NCBI RefSeq assembly: GCF_006345805.1 | Contig: NC_042998.1 | Coordinates: 70,246,001 to 70,310,000, forward strand | From: Octopus sinensis | Lineage: Eukaryota | Reading direction: 5' to 3' | Length of the DNA: 64,000 bases | Part shown: in pieces, positions 1 to 12,665 of the stretch | How the letters are laid out: every line of letters begins with the position of its first letter | Position numbering within the stretch: the first letter of the stretch is position 1 | Made by a program: the position numbers and the translations under genes | The notes under the pieces: model-generated | The model's input: the letters and a program-made list of their open reading frames with translations, nothing else | The model's database searches: none | What the model was told of the DNA's origin: nothing

Positions 1-310
1 ATTCTTTTTAGTTCCAACAATTCCACCACACTGTAATTCCAGATCTGAAATTATTTGCAAATGCAAGCACATAGACAAATTTCTTCATTGACCAACATCC
101 TGGTTTTCAAATAGGTCTAATGATATGCAATGAGCCTGAAAGATTGCTTGGAGACACAGGCATGTTATATAAATCAGCCACATTTTTCTTGTATCTCAAC
201 ATCATGAAACTATTAGTCACTCCTTTTTAAATTGTGTATATATGCATGTGTCTGTGTGTATGTATGTGTGTAAGTGTGTGTGTGTACACACACATACATA
301 AACATACTTA

Positions 311-540
311 TCATCTTCATCAGCATTTAGCATTCGTATTCCATGCTGGTATGAGTTAGGCATGACAAGATCCAACACTTCGAGGAATCACATTGAGCTC
401 CAGTGTCTGTTCTGGTAACATTTCTGTAGCTGGATGCCCTTTCTAACCCCAATCATTTACAGCATGTACTGGGTACTTTTTATGTAACACTAGTATGACT
501 GAGGTCATCAAGTAGCTTGCAAGACACACAATCTCAAAAA
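311..540 (-). mobile_element. Family A (RTE LINE 3' UTR/tail) copy, degenerate
   Basis: (CAT)n-like start followed by ttccatgctgg ... tagctggatgccctttctaac, the reverse complement of the tail at 61640-61915. Confidence 0.55.
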
Positions 541-689
541 TAAGTGCTTGTCCAACCTTTGCCAGCAGAGAAAAACAAACATGTATGTTCAAACCAATAC
601 ATATATATATATATACACGCATTCTGTCCTAGCTGGCAGGCATGTGTGTATGTATTGTTATATTTGTTCAGTTCCAACGCAAACTTGAC

Positions 690-865
690 TAAGCAGGTCT
701 CTGATCAAAGACTTTTCAGCTATGGCCACCCTGTCTTATAAGGTATAAGTTGGACTACATCATCTAATGTATCTGTCATTCTCTTGAGACTGTGTGGTGT
801 GGTTTAAAGGAAGAAATTTGGCAGCTATTTCTAGCAGGTCTAGTAACCATGCAAAGACTCCTTGT
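690..865 (+). mobile_element. Interspersed repeat fragment (family G, probable SINE tail)
   Basis: Motif gatcaaag..ttccagc..gaccatccc..gatttggctgctatttctagcag recurs near 5040-5200, 9195-9260(-), 32310-32460, 43010-43175, 48715-48760 and 58110-58300(-). Confidence 0.45.
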
Positions 866-904
866 GTAGGTGTTTAGGGGCAGAGTGGGATGAGGGTAGG
901 GGCA

Positions 905-937
<33 letters not shown>

Positions 938-1411
938 GGGGGAGAGAGAGTGTGTTGGGAGGTAAAAATAGGGATTAGATGTGGGTGGGTAGGTGGAAAA
1001 TTGGTGTCACTATGGACAGTACTTAACTTGAAAATCTGCCTTCAGGTGTTTTATGCAGGGGATCAGGTAAATTACAGGTAAACTGTATAGCTGGCTCTGT
1101 CTCCATGGATACGACCTACAGGTATACACACATTTACATATATATGTATGCATGTAGGTACAAACACACACATGCTTACACACACACACATATGTGGACA
1201 AACACACACACACACCTGTCCGTTGTAATGCATGTTAATAACTACCTACAAAGAAAGACAAGAGAAGGGAGTGTATATACTGCTTTATTATCTTTTGACT
1301 GTTGCTGTTCACTCTCTAGATGTCTATGTGTCTTGGTCACTCTGTTATTGGATCTATGTGATCTCTCTCTCTCTCTCCATCCCTTTCTCTTGCTCTATCT
1401 CTCATTCTCCT

Positions 1412-1457
<46 letters not shown>

Positions 1458-2595
1458 GCCCCTATAATGTTGAATATATCTTGAACGTCTCACTGACTTA
1501 CTGTCACTCTCTTCATTTTCTCACTTTGTGTCTATGAAGCTATGCCTTTACATGTGTGAGTATGTATGTATGTGTATGTATGTATATATGTATGCCTATA
1601 TTTGTTTATCTATCTTCCAATCTGTCTGTATCTCTTTCTTCCTTCCTTTTCTTTATTCATTATATGTTTTGGATGTAAACTGTTAATTCATACCTGATAA
1701 CCCACTGACCGCTTCTGTCTGTTTGTCTGTGTATGAGTGTGTGTGTGTGTGTGACCTGTGTGTGTGTGTGTATACATACATGGCACTCTGTATGTGTGTC
1801 TGCACGTGCACACATGCACATAATAAAACATGTATAGTTACATCTATTTGGTATTATCAAGAACATCAAATTTCAGAAAAATCCTTTCGTTGATGCATCC
1901 TGTGCTGTTATCGCACACGTATATTTAGATGCTTATTTATATATATATATATATGTATGTATATGTGTGTTAATTCTCACCTGACTGTCTCTAAACATAC
2001 TTTCCCTATCATACTTAAGGACCCCTACTCCCCCACAAATTCAGTCCACTTCACCCAGCTTGCCCCACCCCCTCCATTTCACCTTCAGTTTTTATATTTT
2101 TCCCCTTTCATCTCAGGTATTCTATTATCCCCACCTTCTTCTCTTGTAAGAACTGCTATCATATTTTCCTGTCCCCTATTTACCTAGGCTTTTACAAAAT
2201 CCTTTCCTCTTACAGTACAAGGGACAGAGGAAGACACAATATGGTGGTGGCAGTGGTGGTGATGGTGATGGTGATAGGGGGAGGTGTGTGAATTTAAGGG
2301 AGAGATTTCTCGCTTCCAGCATTTTTGTCTTGTTTTTGTTATTGTTGTTGTTAGGATCTGGAGGTATGCTGAGGGATATGCCTTAGACCTACAACACACA
2401 TGAATACACACACACACACACTCATGCACATACACTGACGGACAGACAAATAGACAGAGGCTTGGCTTTATCAACAGATATTAAGGGATAATCATCAGCC
2501 CACAAGCACACTATAGATATACAATGCATACACACACACACACACGCATACATGCAGATGCATGCACACACACGCACACATACATGTACACAGAA

Positions 2596-2728
2596 GCATT
2601 GCTCTGTGGTTAAGAAGTTTGCTTCCTAACCACAGGGTTTTGGGTTCAATCTGAATGTATGGTACCTTGAGCAAGTGTCTTTAACAATAGCCCAGGATTG
2701 ACCAAATCCTTGTGAATGGATTTGGTTG
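2596..2728 (+). mobile_element. tRNA-headed SINE family B, partial
   Basis: ctgtggttaagaagtttgcttcctaaccacagggttttgggttcaa ... gcaagtgtctt ... ttgtgaatggatttgg matches the copy at 10595. Confidence 0.65.
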
Positions 2729-2915
2729 ACAGAAATGTTAGGGCACCGGGCAAAATGCTTAGCAGTATTTCATCTGCCGTTACGTTCTGAGTTCAAATTA
2801 TGCCGAAGTCGACTTTGCCTTTCATCCTTTCTGGGTCAATTGAATAAGTACCAGTTATGCACTGGGGTCAATATAATCGGCTTAATCCATTTGTCCCCTC
2901 TGTGTGTAGCACACT
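2729..2915 (+). mobile_element. tRNA-headed SINE family C, partial
   Basis: gttctgagttcaaatt..gtcgactttgcctttcatccttt..aagtaccagtt matches the full-length copy at 51767. Confidence 0.75.
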
Positions 2916-3451
2916 AGTCATAACACAGATGAATTTCTAATATATTGTAGAGCACTGTCAGTGAATAGAGGCTCAAATCAAACAAATTAGATGTATTTGT
3001 GAGATTTATGTAGACCTGGTTACCATAGAAACATGCACAGTTTCGACAGCATCCCTCTTCTGAGTATTTTTGAGCAGCATTGATGTTACCAGGGAATGTT
3101 TGAATGACTGTATATGTGAGGTGCTAGCTGCAATAATCGTGTGTGTGTGTGGGTGTGTGTGAATGTTGACATTCCTCAACTTTATTAAGCAAAATGGTAA
3201 TATGATGTATACATTCCATGTTGGCATTATATGATTAGTTGCTGTGCAATTTCAAAGACATTTGAAATAGAAGAAATTCCTTACTTGAAAAATGGATAAG
3301 GGTTGGTGACAGGAAAAGCATTGAACTGTTGAAACTTGACACAGATATGTCCCCCGTCTAATACATACTAATATGGAAAATAAATAGTTGTGTGTGTGTT
3401 TATATCATATTACACATGTATGTATAAATATCACACACACACACACATGTA

Positions 3452-3600
3452 ATCATCATCATCCTCATCATCATCACCATTTAATGCTCATGTTCTGTGC
3501 TGGCATGAGTTGGACAGACCCAAAGTCTGCATCATGCTCCAGTGTCTGCTCTGGTATGGTTTCTATAGCTGGATGCCCTTCATAATGCCAACCATACATA
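3452..3600 (-). mobile_element. Family A copy, degenerate
   Basis: (CAT)n start, then gctggcatgagttggac ... tagctggatgcccttcataatgccaacc. Confidence 0.6.
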
Positions 3601-3639
3601 CTTAGACCTTTACTAAACTATACATTTACAAAGACAACA

Positions 3640-3725
3640 TAAAACAGGAAAAGTGAACGGAAGTTGCTGCAGGAGTTGAACCAGGTATCTGTCGTCTACT
3701 AGATGACTACATTACTGATCACACC
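3640..3725 (-). mobile_element. tRNA-like SINE head relic
   Basis: Minus strand tggtgtgatcagtaatgtagtcatctagtagacgacagatacctGGTTCAACTCCtg: B-box-like motif, no intact cloverleaf. Confidence 0.35.
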
Positions 3726-4109
3726 AAAGCATTTCTGAAAGAATTAATCTTTCAAATGAGCACTTATAAGCCCCTTATTGGATAAGCTATCAGGATTTAT
3801 CTCCTCTCATCTCACATTAGAATCATAAGTGTATTCATAGCCACTTAACAACCGGTGGTCTGGCCACTTCTATGTTGTCTAACACAGTCTTTTCTGCTTG
3901 TGAGTGAAGAAGAGGATAATGATAGATCTGGTTCGCTAGAAGTTCACCTCTTATTCTGTTTCCGCCACACACACACACAGTACATTATGACCTGTCTGTT
4001 TTATGCCAGTATAGAAAAGTGGATATGAAATGGAGATATATACGATGGTATTTTGAGTTCCTTATGTTAATTGAAACACACACACACACACATACACATG
4101 TAAATACAC

Positions 4110-4156
<47 letters not shown>

Positions 4157-4273
4157 AGCATACACACACACAAGCATACACACACACACACACACCCACC
4201 CCTATATGTGTGTGTATTTTATATAAACACAGAAACACAAGCACACACACACACATATATATATGCACCCCTA

Positions 4274-4343
<70 letters not shown>

Positions 4344-5613
4344 ATATATATACACATACACACATATACACACACATACCATGCCCTAGTTATGCTTCCC
4401 CCTTCCCCTATAATCAATCTGGCACTTCTCCCACCCACCCGCTACCCATTATAAGTCATCTGCAATCCCCTTCCACTTTCTTGTTCCCACTAATCTCACC
4501 CCACTTCTTCCAGAAGCTGTGTGGTAGCAATTCTCATCTACCTCTTCCTTTTCCTCCGCATCCATCATTATATTGTCTTGCCTCATTAGCTTCATTGTTG
4601 TGAGTTCAATTCCTGCCTTTGCTATCCAACCACCCGACCACCACCATCTCCCTTCCATCTCACATATTTTAAGAGCTAGCTTCCTGTGGCTTAATTAAAA
4701 TATTAATATGGTGAGTAGTTAGGTGGGCCACCACATCAGTTGGGGATGATGATGATGACGATTATGGTGGTGGAGTCTGGCGGCAGTGATAGTAGTGATA
4801 TCAACAATAATGGTGATGATGATGGTGGTGGTAGTGAGGATGATGATGATTGTGATAATGATGACAAAGTAATAATGATCATAATGATGGCAGGGTGATG
4901 ATGTTGATGAGGATGGAGATGATGATAACGATGGTGATTGCAATGATGTTCATGTTGATGATGATAATATCCTAAATTTTTGATACAAAAATAGTATCAT
5001 ATCATCAGACATTAAGATGTGACTTTGTTGCAATTTTTAAAGTTCTTGGTCAGCCATAATCAAATGAACCTATGGTTAGAGACATTCCATCTATGACCAT
5101 CCCATGCAATGTTATCTACTTTGTCCTATTTTAAAAGATAGTGTATTTTGAGACAATTTGACTGCTAGTTTGAACATGTACAGTGACTATGTGGAGGCAC
5201 TAGTATGTACTGATAGATTAGGGTGGAAATGGGTATTTTACTGCTTAATTTTCCTCACCGCTCCATGCCTTTTAAGTGGATTTGATAAATAGAAACCAAA
5301 AGAAAACTGTCATATATATAGATATATATTGCTCAAAGAAATTCCAACTTTGATTTTCATGTTTTATTTACAATCTTATAATAATATAATATAATATAAT
5401 ATTATATTATATAATAAAATGATGCAATATTAAATGTTCGTTCAGATTGAATTAGAATTTTCATGCATTAAAATATGCAATCTTCAGGTTCATGTAGTAG
5501 TGATGACAGTTATGTTTTACAAATTACAACTGTTGTAAATTGTAAAACATAACTGTCACTACCACTACATGCATCTGAAGATTGCATATTTTAATGCCTG
5601 AAAGTACTAATTC

Positions 5614-5885
5614 AATCATCATCATCATCATTGTTTGACGTCCGCTTTCTATGCCAGCATGGGTTGGAAAGTTCGACAGGGGTCTGGGAAACCAGGGAGG
5701 CTGCACCAGGCCCAGTCTGATCTGGCAGTGTTTCTACAGCTGGATGTCCTTCCTAACGCCAACCACTCCGTGAGTGTAGTGGGTGCTTTTTATGTGCCAG
5801 GTGAGGCTGGCAACGGCCACGATCGGTTGGTGCTTTTTATGTGCCCCCGGCATGGAGGCCAGTCAAGGCACGTTGGCAATGACCA
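5614..5885 (-). mobile_element. Family A copy
   Basis: catcatcatcattgtttgacgtccgctttctatgccagcatgggttgg ... cttcctaacgccaaccactccgtgagtgtagtggg. Confidence 0.85.
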
Positions 5886-6199
5886 TTCTATCATTATATT
5901 ATATTATATTATATTATTATAAGATTGTAAATAAAACGTGAAAATCAAAGTTGTAATTTCTTTGAATAATATATTTTTTACACTAAAAACCCTTCAAGCA
6001 TGGCCGCAGTCAAATGATTGAAACAAGTAAAAGATAAAAATTAAAAGATATATGTGTGTGTGTGTGTGCATACATATATATGTGTATGTGCATACATAGT
6101 GAGTGTGAGTGTGTGTTAGTCTTTTTGGAAATCTCTGTCACCTAATTCGAGGGAGCCCACCAAGTTTTTGGAAAAATTTGTCTCTTACTGTTCAGTACT

Positions 6200-6700
6200 G
6201 CCCATCTTCAAACATATTATTTCTCTTCCAGCCTCTTTGTGATCCCACTCTACACCTCATGCATCCATACTTTATGTTGGCTATACAGTATCAAACTCTT
6301 ACCTTCTCCTTTGCTGCATATTAACATGGCTATTTCCCAAATGGAACACAGCCATACTCAATATGCAGAAACATTGACCAAATCCAAATGGTCGAAGAGT
6401 TTTGCCATCTTTCCTCCTCTTTGCTAGGTTTATTTTAAGAACTCTTGATTCTAGGCTTTACTTCCACATTTAAGATTTTTTCCTCTGATTCATTGATAGA
6501 CACAACTTAGATAGACACAACGTAATTGACATATAGTAGTTTCATGGATAGCCAGTCTTAAGCTCCTCCATTGTGACTCGGCAAACTGTAATAAACAGGT
6601 GCCAAAAACTGGACCCTGATGGATACATAGCTCTATGCTAAATTCCTCACCAAAAACATTGCTAACTTTCACTTTGTTAACAGCATCCCTGTGTTGGGTT
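6200..6700 (-). pseudogene. Decayed RTE-clade LINE reverse transcriptase fragment
   Basis: Minus translation AVNKVKVSNVFGEEFSIELCIHQG ... EELKTGYP*KLLY resembles the RTE RT segment ..KVRV..S..F.V.VGVHQGSVLSP..EEFKTGCPWELLYADD; contains frameshifts and stops. Confidence 0.65.
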
Positions 6701-6869
6701 TGTAAAGCTCTTACAAGTCATTAATCTATAATTAGTTTTTTTCAGTTCTATTGGATTATGACTGGGGTTTTGGTCTACCCATTTCAGAAAATCAATTCTG
6801 TGAGTTCTCTTCTATGCTTTTGATGCCTTACCTTTATGGTATGGGGCTCCATTTTCTTGAGAGAGATTG

Positions 6870-7200
6870 ATAGGTGCTTACATGGCTAGGTGGTTAAGAA
6901 GCTTGCTTTGCGACCATATGGTTTTGTGTTCAGTTGCACTGTGCAGCACCTGGCTGACCAATGCCTTATGAGTGAATTTGGTAGTCAGAAACTGGGGGAA
7001 ATTTAGTTGTGTTTGCATATATGTGTGTGTGTTTGTGTTGTGTTTGTTCCCTCCCCTCAACCCCTTGACTACCAATCTTGGTTTGTTTACATCCCCATAG
7101 CTTAGTGATTCAGTGAAAGAAAGACACCAGTAGAATATGCACCAGACTTAAAAATTAAATATTGGGATCGATTTATTTGACTAAACATTTTAAGGTAGTG
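6870..7200 (+). mobile_element. SINE family B, degenerate
   Basis: ggtggttaagaagcttgctttgcgaccatatgg ... tgagtgaatttggtag ... tggtagtgttccagtatg. Confidence 0.6.
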
Positions 7201-7226
7201 TGGTAGTGTTCCAGTATGTGAATTCT

Positions 7227-7262
<36 letters not shown>

Positions 7263-7732
7263 AAAGGATGTGTTATAATACTAATCCACTTATACAAAAC
7301 AGCCATACCAACAATCCAGCATATCTCTCCCTCATCAGCTGCCCAATGGATATTATTATGGTTTCAACATCTGGGTGGTACCATTCAATCTGGTTGTGTC
7401 AACAGCACTAAAATAAGTGTCGTTTGGGAACAAACATACCAAAGAAACCTCAACTTTCAAACACATTTACTCTATGTACAACGGTATTGGTAAATATATT
7501 CAATAAGTAAATCAGTAACCAACTTATTCAAAAACGGCCAGAGGTGGCATCCCTTTGAGTTAATAGGTATAATTTAAAGTAGTGAGGAAAGGCAAGCAAT
7601 GAGGCTATGTGGGACAAGGACATTTAATTTCATATTCATTATGGAGCTAAATTTAAATTGAATTGAATGAAATTAAATGTCCTTGTCCTGCATTGCCTAA
7701 TTGTTCACCTTTCCTCACAACTTCAACCTACT

Positions 7733-7771
<39 letters not shown>

Positions 7772-8109
7772 ATATATAATATATATCATCGTCATCATCA
7801 TTGTCATCCATGCTGGCATGGGTGGGGTATATATATATATACAACTTGGGACCTTGAAGACTGCTTTAATGCAAGAAAGTATACTAGCCCCTTAATATTT
7901 GATATTCAATATTTCATCTATTCAATAAGACATTCAATACTTCATTTCATTTTACAATATATATATCATTTATACTATATATTCTATATTTTTCATTAAT
8001 ATTATAAAGAATATAAATAAAACATAAAAAACAGAGTTGGAATTTTTTTGAACAATATATATCGCTCTATACACAATATACAAACCCCTTTATATATATA
8101 TATATATAG

Positions 8110-8285
8110 TTAATCCAAACAAGAAAGTACAAAAAAACACAACACGAGGACGTGGAACAATTATAGTATTATTGGACGCTCAGGAAAGAAGGAGGGTTTA
8201 ACGTTTCGAGTGGAGCTCTTCGTCGGAAACATAGGAGAAAGAAAGATCCAGAGAAGGGAAGACTGAGGAAAAAAAATCACCAATT
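8110..8285 (-). mobile_element. (TA)n-embedded repeat carrying a hammerhead-like motif (PLE terminal-repeat-like)
   Basis: About 170 bp with a second copy in opposite orientation at 30075-30250; (TA)n on both sides. Confidence 0.65.
8196..8230 (-). ncRNA. Minimal hammerhead-ribozyme-like motif, CCGA core variant
   Basis: GTTT-CCGACGA-A-GAGC-TCC-ACTC-GAAAC-GTT-AAAC: stem I GTTT/AAAC, stem II 3 of 4 pairs, palindromic AACGTT stem III. Confidence 0.5.
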
Positions 8286-8380
8286 ATATATATATATATA
8301 TATATATAATTACATTTGATTATATAGAATAAGATGCAAAGCAGTTGTAACATCAGCTGTGGGATTTTATTTAATCGTTC

Positions 8381-8419
8381 ACACAATGATCATTTGGACC
8401 CCTGGTCATTCTCAGGTGC
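8381..8419 (-). ncRNA. Minimal hammerhead-like motif, decayed core
   Basis: GCAC-CTGAGAA-T-GACC-AGG-GGTC-CAAA-TGATC-ATT-GTGT: all three stems close, stem III has a palindromic GATC loop; two core positions deviate from CUGANGA/GAAA. Confidence 0.45.
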
Positions 8420-8438
8420 CCCAAGAACAACTGACACC

Positions 8439-8485
<47 letters not shown>

Positions 8486-10225
8486 TGTTTACCTATAAAA
8501 TGATAGTAGCAGTTTGATGGTGGTGGGAAGTGGAGCTGGTTGTTAAAATGTTTGTACAGTTATTGTAGCTATAGTTATTATGGTAGTGAATAGTGGTTGT
8601 AGTAGAATTGTGGTAGTAGTAGTAGTCATAGTTGTAAAAAAAACTCTCCTCTCTCCACTGCCTTGGGTGTGGGGGTGGGGAAGGAAGCTGAGATGTCTGG
8701 AGGAGAACAGTAGAAGGGGGTGTAGGGTGGGTGCTGCCAGACACTATTGTTGTCTTTTTGTCATCCCCTGTCCCCCCCCACTCCACCTTCATATCTGTGT
8801 CATCACTTAAACAGAGAAAGAAGGGAGGTGGTGGAGTTGCAGAAACAGTCACTCACTTCCTTTATTTTCTCTTCTCACCCACCCCACCCCACAAATTTCC
8901 TGTCATCTTTCCTATCAGCCTCATTTTCTTCTGTTTTCACTTTTTCTTCCTCTTCTTCTTTGTTCTACCTCTACATCTTTTATCTTTTTTGCTCTCCTCC
9001 ACCTGCTCCTCTTGCTCTTCTTCCTCCTCCTTCACAGCTCCCTACATTCACCTGTCTGTCAGTCATCACAACGATTATTACCTTCCCTTCTTGTCCCCTC
9101 TCCCAGAAGCTATGTGCCCCTTGATGCACTACTCTCCAGATCTTCATTTGCTGCATCACTTACCTACCACCTATTAAACAAATTAATAAAAGCGTCACAA
9201 GAACTACGCTGGTCTGCTAGAAATGGCAGTCAAAAATATCTCAAATTACCTTGAGAACATCCTTCAGTAGAAAGATACACGGAAACCTAGTCTCTGTCTA
9301 TAGCTTTACATATATCACAGAACCTGTCTTGTACAGTAACTCTCATTATATATAACATGCCACTAAAAGTCTCAATATTTCAGTGCTAAACTTTATAGTT
9401 TCTGATATTCTTATAATTACTTCATATGATTAAGGTCTTTCTCTATCTCTCCCTCAGTCTGTTTTATAGGCAGGCAGAAAAGTTTTTTTCCTGGATGCAG
9501 ATACAGCCATGAATGAGCAAGGTTCATTCATTTGTTTTACATCCATTTTCTCATGCTAGCAGAGGTTAGATGAATAAGTTATTGAGGCATTGGTTTACAA
9601 CTGAATGCTCTTCCTTCCACTAACCTTTACCTGTTTTCTGACTGAGGTTTGGAAAGCCAGCAGCTGCACCAGGCTCCAATCTGATCTAGCAATGTAGTGA
9701 ACTGCTTTTGCCAATTCTTTTGTCTGATGTAGGAAACTGGCCTTACGGTAATATCTCTATGTGACCATTTACTGTTGTGCACCCATGATTCTTTGTACAT
9801 TCCATCTGCTAATTGTGAACATTTCAATTATTATGTAATTCCGAGCTTCCAGAAACAGCTGTTGAGTTAAAAAAAACTATATATTCTCTCCTTAGTACTC
9901 TGTGTTTTTTATGTTTTCTGCAAATATATTTGTCTATATATATAATTATATTCTTGTACTTATATGTTTATCTTCTGATATGTTGTTACATGTATCTTTC
10001 TCTCTATCTCTCTCTCTCTATGTTTATTTAGTTATATCAAACCTAATCATGATTATCTGCATCACTATCTCCATATCAGCTCACTTGATTTCTCTTACAG
10101 TGACTCTTTACCCCATGGACCTTGTTGAAAAAGATATGCTTTCTATATTGAGCATACCTAGCTCTTACCTTTTGACTGTATATTATATATATATGTGTGT
10201 GAGTGTGTGTACACATATATATGTA

Positions 10226-10266
10226 TATCATCATCGTTTAACATCTGCCTTCCATGCTAGCATGGA
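10226..10266 (-). mobile_element. Family A extreme 3' fragment, inverted
   Basis: catcatcgtttaacatctgccttccatgctagcatgg. Confidence 0.65.
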
Positions 10267-10284
10267 TGTATATATATGTATGTA

Positions 10285-10596
10285 CATGGCACGTAAAAAG
10301 CACCATCCGTTCGTGTCCGTTGCCAGCATTGCCTGGCCCCGTGCCGGTGACACGTAAAAACACCATCCGTTCGTGGCCGTTCGCCAGCTCTGTCTGGCAC
10401 CTGTGCAGGTGGCACGTAAAAAACACCCACTACACTCGCAGAGTGGTTGGTGTTAGGAAGGGCATCCAGCCGTAGAAACACTGCCAAATCTGACTGGGCC
10501 TGATGAAGCCTTCCGGCTTCACAGACCCCAGTTAAACCGTCCAAACCATTCTAGCATGGAAAACGGACGCTAAATGATGATGATGATGATGATGAT
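10285..10596 (+). mobile_element. Family A copy with 2 internal modules
   Basis: ggcacgtaaaaagcaccatccg modules, aggaagggcatccagccgtag, (GAT)n tail. Confidence 0.9.
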
Positions 10597-11055
10597 AGGT
10601 GCAGGAGTGGCCATATAGGCGCAGGAGTGGCCATATAGGCACAGGAGTGGCTATTTAGGTGCAGGAGTGGCTGTGTGGTAATTAGTTTGTTTACCAACCA
10701 CATGATTCCGGGTTCAGTCCCACTGCGTGGCACCTTGGGCAAGTGTCTTCTACTATAGCCTCGGGCCGACCAAAGCCTTGTGAGTGGATTTGGTAGACGG
10801 AAACTGAAAGAAGCCCGTCATATATATGTATATATATATATGCGTGTGTGTTTGTGTGTCTGTATTTGTCCCCCTGGCATTGCTTGACAACTGATGCTGG
10901 TGTGTTTATGTCCCTGTTACTTAGCGGTTCGGCAAAACAGACCGATAAAATAAGTACTGGGCTTACAAAAAGAATAAGTCCTGGGGTCGAGTTGCTCGAT
11001 TAAAGGTGGTGCTCCAGCATGGCTGCAGTCAAATGACTGAAACAAGTAAAAGAGT
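10595..11055 (+). mobile_element. tRNA-headed SINE family B, near full length, with a 4x tandem 20-bp head
   Basis: A-box-like tggctgtgtggta, B-box-like gggttcagtccc, central (TA)/(TG) tract, 3' gtcaaatgactgaaacaagtaaaag. Confidence 0.85.
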
Positions 11056-11074
11056 ATATGTGCACACACATATA

Positions 11075-11458
11075 CAAAGGTGGGCACTGCTAATTGAAAA
11101 GTTAACTTCATTAACCATTAATCTATTAACCAAAAAGTTAACTTTGATAATCATCAATTAGTTAATTCTTTAAAAATGTAACAGAAGTTATTGATAAACC
11201 ATTAATGTTAATTTTTATTATAGAAAAAAAAAATCTGGTTTTGCTCTAAAACCACCCCAAAAACACCTTTAAAAAGTGCCAAAACTATAAAGTCTGTTAA
11301 CTTCAATTCAATTGAAGCTAGCAGACGTTAACTTAAGTTGACTTTGAGTTAACGGAAGTTAATTAGTCCGATAATGATTTCCAAAGTTAGATTGTTAATG
11401 AAAATGTTAACTTCATTAATTAATGATTAACAGATTAACAGTTTGGTGCTCAGGTTTG
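11075..11458. mobile_element. hAT-like MITE
   Basis: Imperfect TIRs CAAAGGTGGGCAC / GTGCTCAGGTTTG (10/13) and a perfect 8-bp TSD CACATATA (11067-11074, 11459-11466); no ORF. Confidence 0.75.
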
Positions 11459-12022
11459 CACATATATATATCCTAACATTATATTTTAAGACTGAACCAT
11501 GGTAACAGACCTTTTCTGAATTTCTCTTATCTTCTGACATCTGAGTTCAATGCCAGAAGCCCGGAAAGAAGTTGAACAAATGGGACAGGTGGTGGTGGTG
11601 CAGGGGTAGAAAGCTAGTTCCCTATGTTACATATGCCCCCCTCCCCTAGCACACCTCTCACCTCGCACACCCCTCACACGTAAGGAAACTTCTTTGCTCT
11701 GGCAATGATTCATACGAGATGTATTTCAAATTTTGAATTCTTCAAAATAAGAAATAACAAACCATTTTCAGAAAAACAACACATTGTTTTTGCTTTGTAT
11801 GTGTGTGTGTGTGTGTTTGTGTATGTGTGTGCACATGCACGTGTATCTGTGTGTGCGTGTATATGAGTGTATGTATATATGTGTGTATATATATATATCC
11901 ATGTATATATGTGCATATATATGTATATGTGTGCTATATATATATATATATGCATATATATATATATATATATATAATATATATACACACACACATATAT
12001 AACATATAATACATATATATGT

Positions 12023-12059
<37 letters not shown>

Positions 12060-12332
12060 ATTTTCATTTTTAGAGAAGACATCAAACAACAAAGATGTTA
12101 AGTATTCTCTCCTTGTGGAATATGGTTTCAATTGACTTTCTTCCTCTATGTATAATGCAATTATTATACAAATTAACATTTTCAAATAAGATAATAATTA
12201 TTTAGATTTCATGTAATGCAAACAAACAAAGGCATAAACATTTCGGAAACATAATTGAAAGAGTTAATTGAAACGGTTAATTTTTTTACAGTTGAAACTT
12301 AACATTAAAATATCGTCAAGACAAATTTATAG

Positions 12333-12368
<36 letters not shown>

Positions 12369-12665
12369 TTCACTGTACGCTATTATCTCACTATGGCAAC
12401 CACCATTACCACCACTACCTCTGCTACTCCTGTAGATTATATTTAGTTTACTCAATCTACTAGAAACAGATGCCAAATGACTTTCATTGACCACAAGCTT
12501 AAAAAAGTATAGGACAATGTATTCTGAGGTACATTATGTTGACAGAAGTGAAGTTCATGTCTGGAATGCTGTTGCTTATTTGAGTAGCTGGGTCAAAGTG
12601 GATTGCTGTGGAGGATGTGTCTTCTTGAGTACAGCAAAGCGTCAGGTATTTCGGGCCTTCATATA

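Noticed and set aside
12487-12660. Exon-like unique sequence next to the Tc1/mariner MITE
   Set aside because: No convincing acceptor/donor pair or recognisable peptide on either strand.
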